DNA of 64,000 nt from the human T2T-CHM13v2.0 reference genome, Homo sapiens. The stretch is taken from assembly GCF_009914755.1 (NCBI RefSeq), contig NC_060943.1. The stretch is one strand, 5' to 3'. Positions 1 through 55,403 of the stretch are shown piece after piece. Both the position numbers and the translations under genes were made by a program. Numbering within the stretch: the first letter of the stretch is position 1; the number at the start of each line of letters is the position of its first letter. The notes beneath the pieces were generated by a model that searched no databases, had not been told where the DNA came from, and saw nothing but the letters and a program-made list of their open reading frames with translations.

Positions 1-350
1 TTGCAATATGATGTTAAAGGAAGGTCTGGCATTCAGTATGTTTTTTATTTTATTTTTTATTACAGTTTACAAAAGCACTCCAGTTTCATTGGATTTCAGG
101 CATTTTGCATGGGATCGTTATGGCTCAGAAGGCGTAATCTCAGGCATTAGATTAGAGTGACAGGCTTGGGAATTCAGACCGGAGAACAGCTGCCCTGCCT
201 GTTCCCTTGTAGGTGACTGGCAGGTCTTGCTTTATAACAGGAAGTGCTCCCATGGTGGCCCTGACTTGCCCAGCCTGTGGGGTTTGCTTGTGTTACCTCA
301 TTTAAAACCCCTGGCAGCACGAGGTTGGTCCATCTAGTTCCCTAGAAAGG

Positions 351-706
351 TGCCATGGACTGAAGGTCTGTGTCCCCTCAGAGTCATCTGTTGAGTGCTC
401 ATACCCCTCCCTAGGGTGATGGTATTAAGAGATGGGGCCTCTGGGAGGCGACGAGGGCATGAGGGTGATGCCCTCATTGATGGGATCAGTGCCCTTATGA
501 AAGAGCCCCCAGAGAGCTCCCTCGCCCCCTCCATCATGGGAGGACTCAGTGAGAAGATGCCAAGAATCAGGAAGTCACCCTCACCAGACACCAGACCTGC
601 CAGTGCCCTGATCTTGGACTTCCCAGCCTCCAGAACCATAAGAAATAAGCAATTTGCTTATGAGCCCCCAGCTTATGGTATTTTGTTTCAATAATGGACT
701 AAGACA
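351..706 (+). mobile_element. MaLR LTR (MLT1A-like) solo LTR
   Basis: TG...CA ends; hallmark motifs gggatcagtgcccttat and atcttggacttcccagcctccagaacc. Confidence 0.8.
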
Positions 707-967
707 AAAGGTTCATTCCAGTCACTTCCTCACATGCCATTTCCCTCATCCCTGCCTCCAAGGAATGTGCAGGGTGGATTTCTGAGCCTTTAGTTGCTGC
801 TTTCTTTCCTTTTGGCAGAGATACTTTCAGGGGAACCTGGTCACATAGAACAACCTCCGGTTCCAGTAGTGCTGGGCACACACTGGGTAGCAGTGGGCAG
901 TGGAGAGGATTGCAGGGCACCAGAAGGCCCATTTGTTTCCTTTCTCTTTAAACATGATGAGCAGGTC

Positions 968-1365
968 TGTGCAAATACCCCAAAGTCCAAGGATGCTGAG
1001 AGGCCAAAGAAAGAAGCTGGCATTCAGTTTCTCAGAGAGAAACATTTAATAAGGATTTACAACGAGAAGCCATGTCTGTGTCTTGGGTGGCGGTAGTGAG
1101 ACAAGACGGTGGATCCCTGCACCATCACCCCCAGACCCAGGGCTTATATACCATAGGGAAGGGTTGTTTTGGGATGTGCAAGACAATTGAAATATGGAAA
1201 CCTCAAGGGCCATTTGACCAAAGGGCAAGATTTACAGTAAGTACCTGCTCTTATACAAGGAGCAGTAGATGAACTGGAAATCTCAGAGGCCTTCCCAGAA
1301 TGGGGGTTAATCAAAAGCCAACATGGCAGGTTAGCATCCAAGATGGAGTTGCTTTGGCCTCCACA
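968..1365 (-). mobile_element. ERV solo LTR (LTR47-like)
   Basis: Minus strand starts tgtggaggccaaagcaactccatcttggatgctaa; family name from recall. Confidence 0.6.
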
Positions 1366-1468
1366 CCTGCTGTGACCTCATTTCTGAGAGACATATGCTC
1401 CAGGGGCTTCTTGAGAAAGGAACACAGGCAGTAAAGTTTTGAGACTTTTCTCATTTGAAAACAGGGCC

Positions 1469-1660
1469 TGAGGGTGGCACCCTCATGGAGGAGATCAGAG
1501 CCCTTATAAAAGAGCCCCCAGAGAGCTCCCTCACCCCTTCTACCAGAGGAGGACACAGTGAGAAGGCACCATCTAAGAACCAGGAAGTGACCCTCACCAG
1601 ACACCAAATCTGCCAGTGCTTTGATCTTGGACTTTCCAGCCTCCAGAACCTTGAGAAATA
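1469..1660 (+). mobile_element. Second MLT1A/MST-like LTR fragment
   Basis: Closely similar to 460-650 (gagcccccagagagctccctc; atcttggactttccagcctccagaacc). Confidence 0.75.
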
Positions 1661-2165
1661 AGGAAAGGGCAGAATTTGAAAATGAAACCAAAAACTCCAC
1701 AGGATGGTTAGGCAACAAAGTAGAAGAACTTGTGCAGGAGAAGCTGCTGTCTGGGTGGCGGATAGTTTGGCTGGGTATCGAAGTCCCTTCGAAGGCTGCA
1801 CCCATCCGTGGTTCTCATTCAGTGCTGCTGGCACAAAGATGCTCCTCTGATTCCTCATCCTTGGTGTGGGACCTGTTTTTCTCCCTTCTGGAGGCTTATT
1901 GAACCCTTTTTGTGTCCCAAGTGTCCTGAAGTCCCCTCATTGGGTACCTGATACGTGTCTGATTTTTGTCACTTGCCCCTCCTTGGGCCTTTCCATCCAT
2001 CTTTTCCAACCTTTCCCATGATTCTGGTAAACTTTCTTGAATGGTTTCATTGATTATTTGCTCTCCTGTCTTTCTTGTTTCTATTTCAAACTCCCATCAC
2101 TCGCTATTGGGCTTTCAGAACTAGTGTTCCACTTTATCTTCCCCACCTCCGTTTTCTACGTTGTC

Positions 2166-2484
2166 TTTTTTGTTTTTGTTGTTGTTGTTGTTGTTGTTGT
2201 CTTCAAGACAGGATCTCACTCTGAAATGAGACAGAGTCTCAGCCTAGAGTGCAGTGGTGCAGTCATAGCTCACTGCAGCCTCAAACTCCTAGGCTCAAGT
2301 GATCCTCCTGCCTCAGCCTCCTGTGTAGCTCGGACTACAGGTGTGTGCCACCACACTGGCTAATTTTTTGTAGAGATGGGGTCTCGCCATGTTGCCCAGG
2401 CTAGTCTTGAACTGACCTCAAGTGATCCTCTCGCCTCGGCCTCTCAAAGTGCTGGGATTAAGGCGTGAGCCACCACACTTGGCC
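2166..2484 (-). mobile_element. Alu (AluJ-like) with (GTT)n-derived tail
   Basis: Reverse-complement Alu dimer motifs. Confidence 0.9.
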
Positions 2485-2683
2485 TCTTTGTCTTTTTTAT
2501 TAATTTGTTTTCTGGAAGAGTTCCTCAGCTTCCTCACTTAACCTGTCTATTGATGTGTTTTTATTGGTGTTTTTCATTTCTGCCCTTTTTTGTCTTCTGA
2601 ATATTCCTTTTGTTATAAGCCCCGTTCTTCTTTCATGATGTAGTATCTTTTATTTCTGAGGATATTGATTGACGATAGGTTTA

Positions 2684-3011
<328 letters not shown>

Positions 3012-3147
3012 ATCTTCTCTGTCCTCTGTTTCTTACCAGGTTTTTGTTTTTTTTTTGATAGTTTATTTTGATCTCTGGGGATCATAGTGCAGGCCCATCT
3101 CTCTGATGCTTGGGGGTAACGATCTAGTGTAATGATTACAAGTGAGG

Positions 3148-3334
3148 GGCTAGGTGCAGTGGCTCATGCCTGTAGTGCAGCACTTTGGGAGGCTGAGGCA
3201 GGAGGATTGCTTGAGCCCAGGACTTCGGGGTCGGCAGTGAGCTGCTGTGATCACGCCACCACATTCCAGCTCCAGCCTGAGCAATAGAGTAAGACTGTCT
3301 GAAAAAAAAAAACAAAACCCCAAAACCCAAAAAA
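3148..3334 (+). mobile_element. Alu monomer (FRAM/FAM-like)
   Basis: Single Alu arm with A-rich tail. Confidence 0.8.
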
Positions 3335-3367
3335 CCCAAGTGGGCAATGGATGCTGGTGATGGGTTG

Positions 3368-3565
3368 GGATGCAAGGGGATAGCGGGGAGGGCCTCACTC
3401 GGTGCTTTACCCGGGGAGGTCTGGGTGGGCTGTGGATGCAGGGGAAGGGCGGGGAGGGCCTCACTTGTTGCTTTTCCTGGGGAGATCCGGGTGGGCTGTG
3501 GATGCAGGGGAAGGGCGGGGAGGGCCTCACTCGGTGCTTTTCCCGGGGATACCTGGGTGGGCTGT
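3368..3565. repeat. 66-bp tandem repeat x3
   Basis: ggatgca...gagggcctcact...gggtgggctgt at 3368, 3434, 3500. Confidence 0.9.
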
Positions 3566-6500
3566 TATGGGGGAGCCCACATCAGGCCCTTTGGGTCTCT
3601 CCCCTTGGGCCAGCCGGATTGCACAGGGAGTAGCCCTCCAGCCTCCTGCCTGGGCTCCTAAGGGTGTCACCCACATCCTCCACTGTGCCCAGTGTCCCCA
3701 GCCCAGACACCCACCTTCTCTGGCCTCCCCAGTAAATGATCCTAGGGAGTCCAGCGAGGAGGGGCAGGCGGCCACCAGGGTGCCAGGAGGGGTCGGGTGC
3801 TGCGGCAGTCCTCGCGCAGACCTCCGTTTTGAGCACCCCCACCCTTGTTTCCAGGGGACCCTGGGCCATGAGGCGTGGGGTGCGCGCCCGCCACCACCAT
3901 CCGTGTCTCTGCTGGGAATGGCTCCCTGGTGGCCGTCCGTCTGCTCGCCACGTCCCACCCCCAGCCTGCTGTCGTCTCCTTTTCCATCCTCCCTGTCCTT
4001 GCAGGTGTGTCCTCCCTAAAGGCACTTTCTCGTGGCTTCAGGAGAGAGATGGGTGGCGTGGGCTTGCCAGCCTACCAAGGCATCACTTAGAGCCAGGAGC
4101 CATGAGCGTGGCCTCCTTCCTGCAGTTGCCTCTGGCTGCCCAGGAGGGATGTGGTGTTGCCTGGCAGGGAGTGGAGACAGTGAGGCCTTCTAGGGGTCCT
4201 CCCTTGAAGGGTCAGCAGACCAATGTGGAAGTCACCAAGGATGAAGGCCAGAGCCTGGGGGAGGGTGGAGCTGGACACCCCTGGGAAGTCTGGGAGAGGG
4301 GCTGAGCCTCCACAGGCCAGGGGAGCAGGGGAGGAATGGGGCCGGGGCCGGGGTGGCATCTGGGGCCACTCCCGGTCTCTTGCTGTTGGCGTTGGGAGGG
4401 ATCTCGCACCACAGCAGGGAATCGAGGCCCCGGCTCCCCTCAGGCTCTCCCTTCACCGGCAATGGGCGGCGGGCGACGGGTGACGGGTGACGGGTGATGG
4501 GTGCAGCACCCGCCCCGCCCATAGGAGAGCCCTGGTCCACTGTGGCCTGTGGATGCCGCCCCTGACGTCAGCATCTCTCTCTGGCCTCCCTGGGAGCAGT
4601 CTCAGAGCAGTGAAGAGCTCTTCACGTCCGGTGCTGTGGCGATACTAAGTAATAAGATCTCCAGGTTTTATTGGGCATTAATATTTATTCCCATGAAAAG
4701 GTTAAATTTATTTCACTTTAAAGCCCTGGAGAGTGCAAGGTGGAGCCATAGTCGCCTCTCCTGGCAACGGCCCTGCCCACCACGTACCCACCTCTCCCAC
4801 ACAGGCCAGTCCTGGTGATGGCCTGCAGGACAGGGCAGATGTGTGGGGCAGTTGGGGGCACCCCCTTTTGGAAGGCACTGCTGCCAGTGGGGCCGGTGAG
4901 TGTGCAGAGCCCAGGGCCAATGTGTGCCTCCTGCAGGCACCGGGCAGCCCTGGCCACTCCTCAGCTCTCTGACCCCTTCCCCCGCTCTCTGCAGCAGGCA
5001 CCACACGAGCCAATTTCGCTTGGCACGACGTCCTGAAGCAGGCCCTGGGCTCTGCGGCTGCTGGCTCTGAGCCCATCGACATTCTGATTTGTATTTTTTC
5101 ATGCTTTGGAAAAAAGAAATCTATTTATCTCTGCGTCGGGTCCCGCTCTGCATAACCGGAGGCAAACCAGCAGCCCCGCCCGCTTTCTCATTTTCCTGGG
5201 AAGGTAGCAGCGGGTCCTCTGAGGCCTGCGTCAAGAATATCGGGCTGTCGGACGCGTCAGTCTTCAGGGGCAGGTGACGGCCGCACTGCTTCCAGCTCTT
5301 TGGCTTGGTGTTTGGGCACCAGCTGACGGGCCAGCCAGCAGCAGCGGTGCTGAGGTTAGTCCAGGTCCCCTGAACTCGACGGCCATCAATCCCGGGCCTG
5401 TCATTTGCAAGCAGCTGCAGCAGCTGGTCGAGCCTCCTGCTAGACCCTCTCTCCACCCCAGGTTTTTCTTAAGGGTCTGTGACGGTATCTGTCAGTGGAG
5501 ACTCATGTTAGCCATGTCAGGAGGGCCTGTGTTGGAGAAGGATGGAGGGAACAGCCCCGAGCCCAGGGGGCCTGGCTTTTGCTCTGTGAGGCTCGCTCCA
5601 CACCCTGTTCACTTCCTGATCCCCTTCCCCACCCTGCCTTGGTCCTTAAGGAGGTGAAGATGGGGCACGGGGGTGCACGGCCACCTCCTGTAGAACCAGG
5701 GCAGGCCAGCCACCTTCTGAGTAGCTTCCGAGCTCCTGAGGCTTGGCCACCCGCACATCATGGGGTGGGTGAGGAGCAGAAGGAGGGGCCCTCCCCACGG
5801 CTGCCTGCAGTCTGGCCCTCCCCTTTTTATCTGGGAAAAAGTGTCCTGTGGCTGCTGGGTGGGTGGCAGGGAGGCTGGCCGAATCCCTGGCCAATGAGTC
5901 CCGCTGGCAGGACCCCGAGAAGCAGAGGAGCTCGCTCCAGCTGGTGCCCCTCCACCCCGGCAGCAGCAGGACGAGCAGGCGTGCCAGCACAGCTCCTGGG
6001 CACCTGCCCCTTTCTGCTCCCGGGTCCCCTGGCTTCTCATATGTGCTTATTTTGTCTCCCAGTTACACTGTGAGCTGCTTCAGGGCAGGGCCCAGCGTTG
6101 CACGGTAAAACTACATTAATTCAGACTCATTAATTCAGAGCCTATAATAGTTCAGACATGGGAGACGTGACTCTTTTTGAGCTAAAAGTTGGAAACCGTT
6201 TTGCTCTGGGTTTTTATGGCCACAATTGCAGAACCTAATCTAAGATCAGTACCTTTTTTTTTTTTTTCCAGCAACTAAAATCTTGGGAAATTAAAGGTCC
6301 TTAAAACATGCTTTCAATTGTGAGCCAGACAGTTCTGAACCCGGCAAAGAGCAGGCACAGGGATGCTCTGTCTTGGAAGGGGGTTTTGTCTGGGAACGCC
6401 ACTTCCAGGATTCAGACCTCATGTGTGTCCCTCGGGAGCTTCCAAAATAGGACTGCTTTTAGGTGGAGCGTATTGGAACTGATGTCAGTGAGAAAATGGA

Positions 6501-7211
6501 CACCCTCACACCCCCCAAAAATTAGAAACAGAAGACCTCACTCCTCAGGCCGTGCCTCTTCTCTTCCCCAGACCCTGGGCAGGTCTCAGCAAACCCGGGA
6601 GAACCAGAGCCTGACTCCAGGTCCCAAAGTTGTCATTTCAGGGACCTGAATTGCTGTTTTCTCCCATGTATGAGTGTCTGGGCTCATTAAGATAACTGGG
6701 GCCATCCCAGCCGGAATGTGCAAAGTCCATGGGCTCCGGGAGTTTGGAGCTGGGTCAGGTGGTGAGGCCGGGAGAGTCGCACCCCCTGGGCTCCGTCCGG
6801 GCAGCAGGATCCAGGTCCCCATGAGGCTGAGGTGCAGATGGCCCCGCTCCCTGAGCTGCCCCTGAGTTCTGGGGGCAGCGTGCCCACAGTACATGGCTGG
6901 CTTGGGCTGATGGTGCAGAGGGCACAGGACCCAGAGCGGGGCAGAGCAGGAGGCCAGGACTCTCCATGCCTGGAGCCGGACTGCTTCCCGGCAGGGGCAG
7001 TCAGAGGCCCGGAAGCCGGTAGTGGGGCGCGCGCAGCTGCCACGCTCAGTACAAACTGGGACTGCTGCCCATGTCTGCAACAGACACACCTGCGATTGCT
7101 CCCAGAGTGTGCTGAAGCTGGTCTGTGGGACGTGGTGTTCACCCCGATGCTGTTACACTGCGAGTTACACTAGAAAAGTTACTTCATGACTTAAGTCAGG
7201 CTTCAGCAAGC

Positions 7212-7510
7212 TTTTTCTTTTGAGACAGGGTCTCAGTCTGTCGCCCGGGCTGGAGTGCTGTGGCATGATCACAGCTCACTGCAGCCTTGACCGCCTGGGC
7301 TCAGGTGATCCTCCCACCTCAGCCTCCCAAGTAGCTAAGACAGTAGGCGTGCACCACCACACTCACCTAATTTTAAAAATAAATTTTTGTGGAGACAGCG
7401 TCTTGCTATATTGCCCAGGGTGGTTTTGAACTCCTGGCCTCAAGCGATCCTCCTGCCTCAGCCTCCCAAAGTGCTGGGATTACAGGTGTGAGCCACCATT
7501 TGAGCCAGCC
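7212..7510 (-). mobile_element. Alu (AluJ-like)
   Basis: Reverse-complement Alu dimer. Confidence 0.92.
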
Positions 7511-7514
7511 CAAA

Positions 7515-7708
7515 CTTATTGTAAAGGACCTGATAGTGACTGTTTGCAGCTTTACAGGCCGTGCATTCCCCATCTTGAATGTTCAGCCCTGCCCTTGTAG
7601 CGTGAACACAGCTGTGGATGATACATAAATGAATGGGCCTGGCTATGTGCCAATAAAACTTTATTCACAAAAACAAGTGGCAGGCCAGATGTGGCCCATG
7701 GGCCCACC
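7515..7708. mobile_element. MER58-like hAT-Charlie DNA transposon relic
   Basis: ggctatgtgccaataaaactttattcacaaaaacaagtggcaggccagat motif. Confidence 0.7.
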
Positions 7709-8018
7709 TTAGAGGATATGCCTTCTCAATAAAGAGATTTAGAGAAATAAGTAGCGCAGAAGTGTTTACTCCTACAATTGAAAGAACCACAGTTATTGTT
7801 TTGATACATTTCCCTGTCTTGAGAGAGCTCTGCCCATAATTGGGCTCTTGCTATATTCATGACCGTGCATTTTGTGTTTCTTCAGGTAACAGACACATCC
7901 TGAGGACGTTTCTGTCATTGAAAGCGTCCTGTAGACCGCATCTTGCCAGCGCACACCTCCCTGTTGTGTGTCGTTTATTTAGTCTGTCCACGATGGTTGA
8001 ACGGTTTGGTTAGAGTCA

Positions 8019-8047
8019 TTGTGTGTGTGTGTGTGTGCGCGCGCGTG
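8019..8047. repeat. (TG)n(CG)n microsatellite
   Basis: tgtgtgtgtgtgtgtgtgcgcgcgcgtgc, alternating purine-pyrimidine. Confidence 0.9.
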
Positions 8048-10767
8048 CAAGCGTACTTGTCTTTCAGTACAAAAGCAAAGGACATCTTTGAATTCCTTCC
8101 TTCCTTAGGCGAGATCGCTAGCAGGGGGAGATTAGGGATGAGCTTGCCTGGAGTGTGCAAAGATCCACGTTGCGCCCGTCATCTGCAGCTTGGAAGAGCT
8201 GCTCAGCTCCTCCTTGCATCCTCCTGAGGCCGCCAGGGTCTGCTCCATGCTCACTGGGGGCCGAGTAGGGGCCGTGATGCTGACGCACCCTCCTCCTCTG
8301 GGGGATTCCGCAGGACCCAGCAGCCACCCGGCAGCCACCCTTCCCTCTGCTGTCACTAGCTTTGGGCAGCGCGTGTCTCCTGCGTGCAGGAGCACTGTGA
8401 AGCCTCTGCTGATTCGCTGGCAAGCGGCACTGTCCAGGCCCCCAGAGGTGCACTTGGCAGGGTGGTCAGGCTGCCCCCTGACATGAGCACTGTCCAAGAA
8501 CTGGGTTCTGCTTGGCATCTGGGGCACCAAGAGGGGGGGCCTTGCTTTGAGACCCTGCTCTGCGGGCCTTAGCCAGGAATGAGAAGAAGCTTATGGGTTC
8601 CAGCCCAGCCCAGAGCAGTGAGACCAGGATCTTAGGACTGGGGAGAACGGTGGGGGCAGAGAGCCTGCAGTTGGTGGGCCCAACCTGTAGATGAGAGGCT
8701 GACCCCAAGGCAGGGCAATCCAGGGCCGTGACCTGCAGAGAATGCGGCGTATTTGGGAACAAAGACCCTCAGTGGAGACTGGCAGTGGGACCCTGGCTTC
8801 ATGCTCCGCGTTCCTCACCTGAGTCCCCACCTCCTGGTCTCGGACCTCCACCTGTCCCCAGAGGCTGTTCAGCACTGAGGGGGCACCGCCACCCTGCGTT
8901 GGCCAGATGCGCCCAGCTTCCCCGGCAGCTCTCAGGGCGGCCTCACCCATGCACACGGTTCTAGCGGCCATGTGTATCACACCACACGATGGGACACAGG
9001 CCCTGGGGCGTGCTCAGGCCTTTGGGGGCCGCGCAGACCTCCTCTTGCCCTGTTTGTGCCTGATTTCTCCATCAGAAACTAATGACACAGCCAGATTCCC
9101 CCGGATGGTGCCTTCCTTATCTGTCGCGAGTGCTGACAGAGGACCACCAAGTTGGGCAGCAGGAATTGGAGCGGGCGGGGCCTGTTCCCTCCAGTCACTC
9201 CTGCACAGCCTCACAGACACCCGTGTCCCAGAGAGTGGGGAGCTAGACAGGGCTGTGGTGAGAACAGTCAGGGGCCTGGCTAATGAAAATAGACAGCGAG
9301 GTCTGCCCTGCCCGAGGACTCTGTGGTGAGGCTCCCTCCGGCCTGCTCTGAACCCTTCCCAGCTGCAGTAGAACAGCCCACAGAAGTCCTCATGGGCCTG
9401 GCTCACCCTTTTCATGGGCACGTGGCTCCCACAGGCACGCAGCCGATCAGAAGAGGCCGGAGTTGGTGGCTCGCAGTGGGGGCTGGGCATGTTCAGCAGG
9501 AGGCTGCTGCTAAGGGGAGCTGGGTCTCCTCACCAGCCCTAGCGGGTTTCTCTCCCACACTGTGGCCCTGCTGAGCTGCCCAGCACTCAGAAGCGACTAC
9601 CCTGTGTCCTCGAAGGCTGTGCTTCCCTCCCTGTGACCCACCGGCCTTGCCTCCTTCCTGCTGTTTGCTTCTTGGGTGTCCTGGCTCCCCAGCTCCCTGC
9701 AGAGCCACGTGGAGACTTGCAGGAATGCTCCCAGCCGCCACCTCCTTCCAGTCCAGCCGTGGGCAGCCTGGCACCAGCAGCTTTGTCCTGGCAGTGGCAG
9801 CCCCTGGAGCAGGGGATGCATCTGGAGCCGTGCCAGCCCCAGCCGGGCAAGGGGGCTCAGGCCGTGCTCCAGGCCGTGGCAGTGCACTCCGTGGAGCGTG
9901 TCTGCCTGTCCCCCCTCCACGGGTGCACACAGGTGCTTTTTTTAATTAAGGAAAAGCAATTGCAAAGCCGCTCAATACAAATCCCCTAAGCTGCTGTGGA
10001 TGGGGATGCCGGGGCAGTCGGCCTGTCCAGGAGTCTGAAACGCCGGCACCATCTGTGTTCCTGCCACTCCATGGCCAAATGACACCACCAGCCTTTCTCT
10101 CCTGTGCTATCTTTCATTAAATGAATTGAGTTTGCTGGGAATTGCCCAGCCACAAATATTCCCTCCTGCTCAGCATGATAGGAATCTAACTGTTCCCAAG
10201 CCCCTGCTCCTGGATCCAGCAGAAGGTTCCATGGCCCCCCTGGGACTGGGTAAGGTGGGGGGAGGCACGAGCTGCAGGAAATTCCACAGGAAGGTTTCCG
10301 TCGTCCCCAACCCCGTCAGATTTGGGGTCGTAAATATGTGAGTGTCTCCAAGCAAAGTGTGGGCCACCTGGAAAGGTTTGTCAGGGCAAGGGAATAGTTG
10401 CGTTGAATTAAGTCTTTCCCTTCCCATTTCCTTCATCCCATTGAGCACGGGTGGTGACAGCAAGACAGGTACTTGAAATGGAAGAGTGTCTCACGATTTT
10501 TGGAAATGGGCTTCTTCTGTGCCTGTTTGATGGAGAGGCAGAAAGTTCCCTGTGGGCTTCTGAGGCTGAGATAAGGGTTGGCAGAGGTCGGGGCAGCCTG
10601 TGTCTGGCACGCGGTCCCTGGGCCCGCCTCTCCCCAGCAGGAGATGAGGTCTGTGCCCCGTTCAGACGGGGGCCCGTGCCTCTGCCCCCCACGCCCCGAG
10701 CTTCCGCATGGCCCTCCCCCATGCCTGTGGAGACTCCCAGGGGCTACTTTGTCCCCTAGAATCTAGA

Positions 10768-10958
10768 CCAGCAATTTCCAAACTGCTGCCCGCAGGTCAA
10801 CTCTGTCCCTGGCCTCTGTTTATTAATAAAGTTTTATTGACACACAGCCATGCGCATGCATGTGCCCATCATCCGTGATGCTTTAGAGGCACGGTGCAGA
10901 GTTTCTCGAAGCTGAAAACACTCAGCGTTTGGGCCTCTGTGACAGTTGGCCAGCCCTG
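10768..10958. mobile_element. MER58-like relic (opposite orientation to 7515)
   Basis: aataaagttttattgacacacagccatg motif. Confidence 0.6.
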
Positions 10959-11961
10959 CCCTTTCCCCCTTCCTCTTGAGGTTGGGGTTTTTCCAGCCCC
11001 ATCTCAGCCTCATCCCAGTAGGTACGTGACAGACCAGAGCTTCCTGGCCGCCTCCTGGGATCTGAGTGCCATGGTGGTAATCGCCGCTTGGGCATCTGGG
11101 TTCATGCCCTCTGGGGCCTGGCTTCTCTGGCCCCAAGTCCCTGAAATGTTGAGCATCACCAGGTCACCTGCAGAACATCCTTCCCAGTGCCCAGTGTGAC
11201 CAAAGTGACGCAGCGGCAGAGCCACCAAGAACAGTGACCTGGGAAGGGCTGAGGGCGTGAGAGCGGCAGGTCTGCCCGGCAGGCAGCTGGAGGGGACTTC
11301 AACTCATCCTTGCCACTCGCTTGACGTTCCCAAACACAAGGGGCCATCCTATTGGGTGTTTGCTCAATTCCCCCAAGACCCCAGGCAAGCCGGCTGCAGC
11401 ACATGGCACGTTAATGTCCTTTCTTAGCCGCTGAGTCCCTGAGCCTCCCAGACCCTCAGCGTCTTCTTCGTTAACATTGTCGTCCCTCCAGCCCTGCAAG
11501 CTGGAGGCAGTCAGGTGAGGCGTGCGGGAGCCTGTGGGCCACCGTCGCCCTCGTGAGGCCTCCTGAGGAGGGGCCGTTGTCACATTCCGGGATTCCTGTT
11601 GGTTCTCTCAGCTCTTTGGGGACTGCTGTTGTCTCCCTTCTTCCCAGCCCTCTTGGAACGATTGCTGTTATAAAATACTCCGTATCCATTTTTACCTACC
11701 TGGGGGCACCCGCGTCTGACGGGAGGGAGATTTTTGCCTGGACCAACAGGAGGCATCTGAACCTCAGCCTCGCTGGTCTCTGGACAGCTGTGCGTGGGGC
11801 AGTGCCCAGTCCTGAACCTCAGGCCCCTCACTGAGCTGCGCCCAGCCCCCATTTCTCTTGGGTGTTTGCTCAGTGGCCGTTCCAACTCCGTGGAGGCAAA
11901 CCAGGGACTCACAACTGGGGGATGCCGTTTCCTGACTTGTGATAGAAGTTCTAGAAACAGA

Positions 11962-54087
<42,126 letters not shown>

Positions 54088-54909
54088 GACAGCTGGCCGC
54101 TCAGGCGACCCTCAGCCCGGCGGGGAGGCCATGGCATGCCCCGGGCGTTCGCTTGCTGTGAATTCCTGTCCTCGTGTCCCCGACCCCCGAGAGGCCACCT
54201 CCAAGCCGCGGGTGCCCCCTAGGGCGACAGGAGCCAGCGGGACGCCGCACGCGGCCCCAGACTCAGGGAGCAGGGCCAGGCGGGCTCGGGGGCCGGCCAG
54301 GGGAGCACCCCACTCAACTACTCAGAATTTTAAACCATGTAAGCTCTCTTCTTCTCGAAAAGGTGCTACTGCAATGCCCTACTGAGCAACCTTTGAGATT
54401 GTCACTTCTGTACATAAACCACCTTTGTGAGGCTCTTTCTATAAATACATATTGTTTAAAAAAAAGCAAGAAAAAAAGGAAAACAAAGGAAAATATCCCC
54501 AAAGTTGTTTTCTAGATTTGTGGCTTTAAGAAAAACAAAACAAAACAAACACATTGTTTTTCTCAGAACCAGGATTCTCTGAGAGGTCAGAGCATCTCGC
54601 TGTTTTTTTGTTGTTGTTTTAAAATATTATGATTTGGCTACAGACCAGGCAGGGAAAGAGACCCGGTAATTGGAGGGTGAGCCTCGGGGGGGAGGGGCAG
54701 GACGCCCCGGTTTCGGCACAGCCCGGTCACTCACGGCCTCGCTCTCGCCTCACCCCGGCTCCTGGGCTTTGATGGTCTGGTGCCAGTGCCTGTGCCCACT
54801 CTGTGCCTGCTGGGAGGAGGCCCAGGCTCTCTGGTGGCCGCCCCTGTGCACCTGGCCAGGGGAAGCCCGGGGGTCTGGGGCCTCCCTCCGTCTGCGCCCA
54901 CCTTTGCAG

Positions 54910-54915
54910 AATAAA
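54910..54915 (+). terminator. Candidate proximal polyadenylation signal AATAAA
   Basis: Canonical hexamer followed by GU/U-rich tract ggggtttgtctatctttgtttc. Confidence 0.5.
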
Positions 54916-55403
54916 CTCTCTCCTGGGGTTTGTCTATCTTTGTTTCTCTCACCCGAGAGAAACGCAGGTGTTCCAGAGGCTTCCTTGCAGACAAAGCACC
55001 CCTGCACCTCCCATGGCTCAGGATGAGGGAGGCCCCCAGGCCCTTCTGGTTGGTAGTGAGTGTGGACAGCTTCCCAGCTCTTCGGGTACAACCCTGAGCA
55101 GGTCGGGGGACACAGGGCCGAGGCAGGCCTTCGGGGCCCCTTTCGCCTGCTTCCGGGCAGGGACGAGGCCTGGTGTCCTCGCTCCACCCACCCACGCTGC
55201 TGTCACCTGAGGGGAATCTGCTTCTTAGGAGTGGGTTGAGCTGATAGAGAAAAAACGGCCTTCAGCCCAGGCTGGGAAGCGCCTTCTCCAGGTGCCTCTC
55301 CCTCACCAGCTCTGCACCCCTCTGGGGAGCCTTCCCCACCTTAGCTGTCTCCTGCCCCAGGGAGGGATGGAGGAGATAATTTGCTTATATTAAAAACAAA
55401 AAA

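Noticed and set aside
395-1858. Similar ORF pairs (ALMKEPPESSL / ALIKEPPESSL) suggesting a duplicated gene
   Set aside because: They are two copies of an MLT1A-like LTR.
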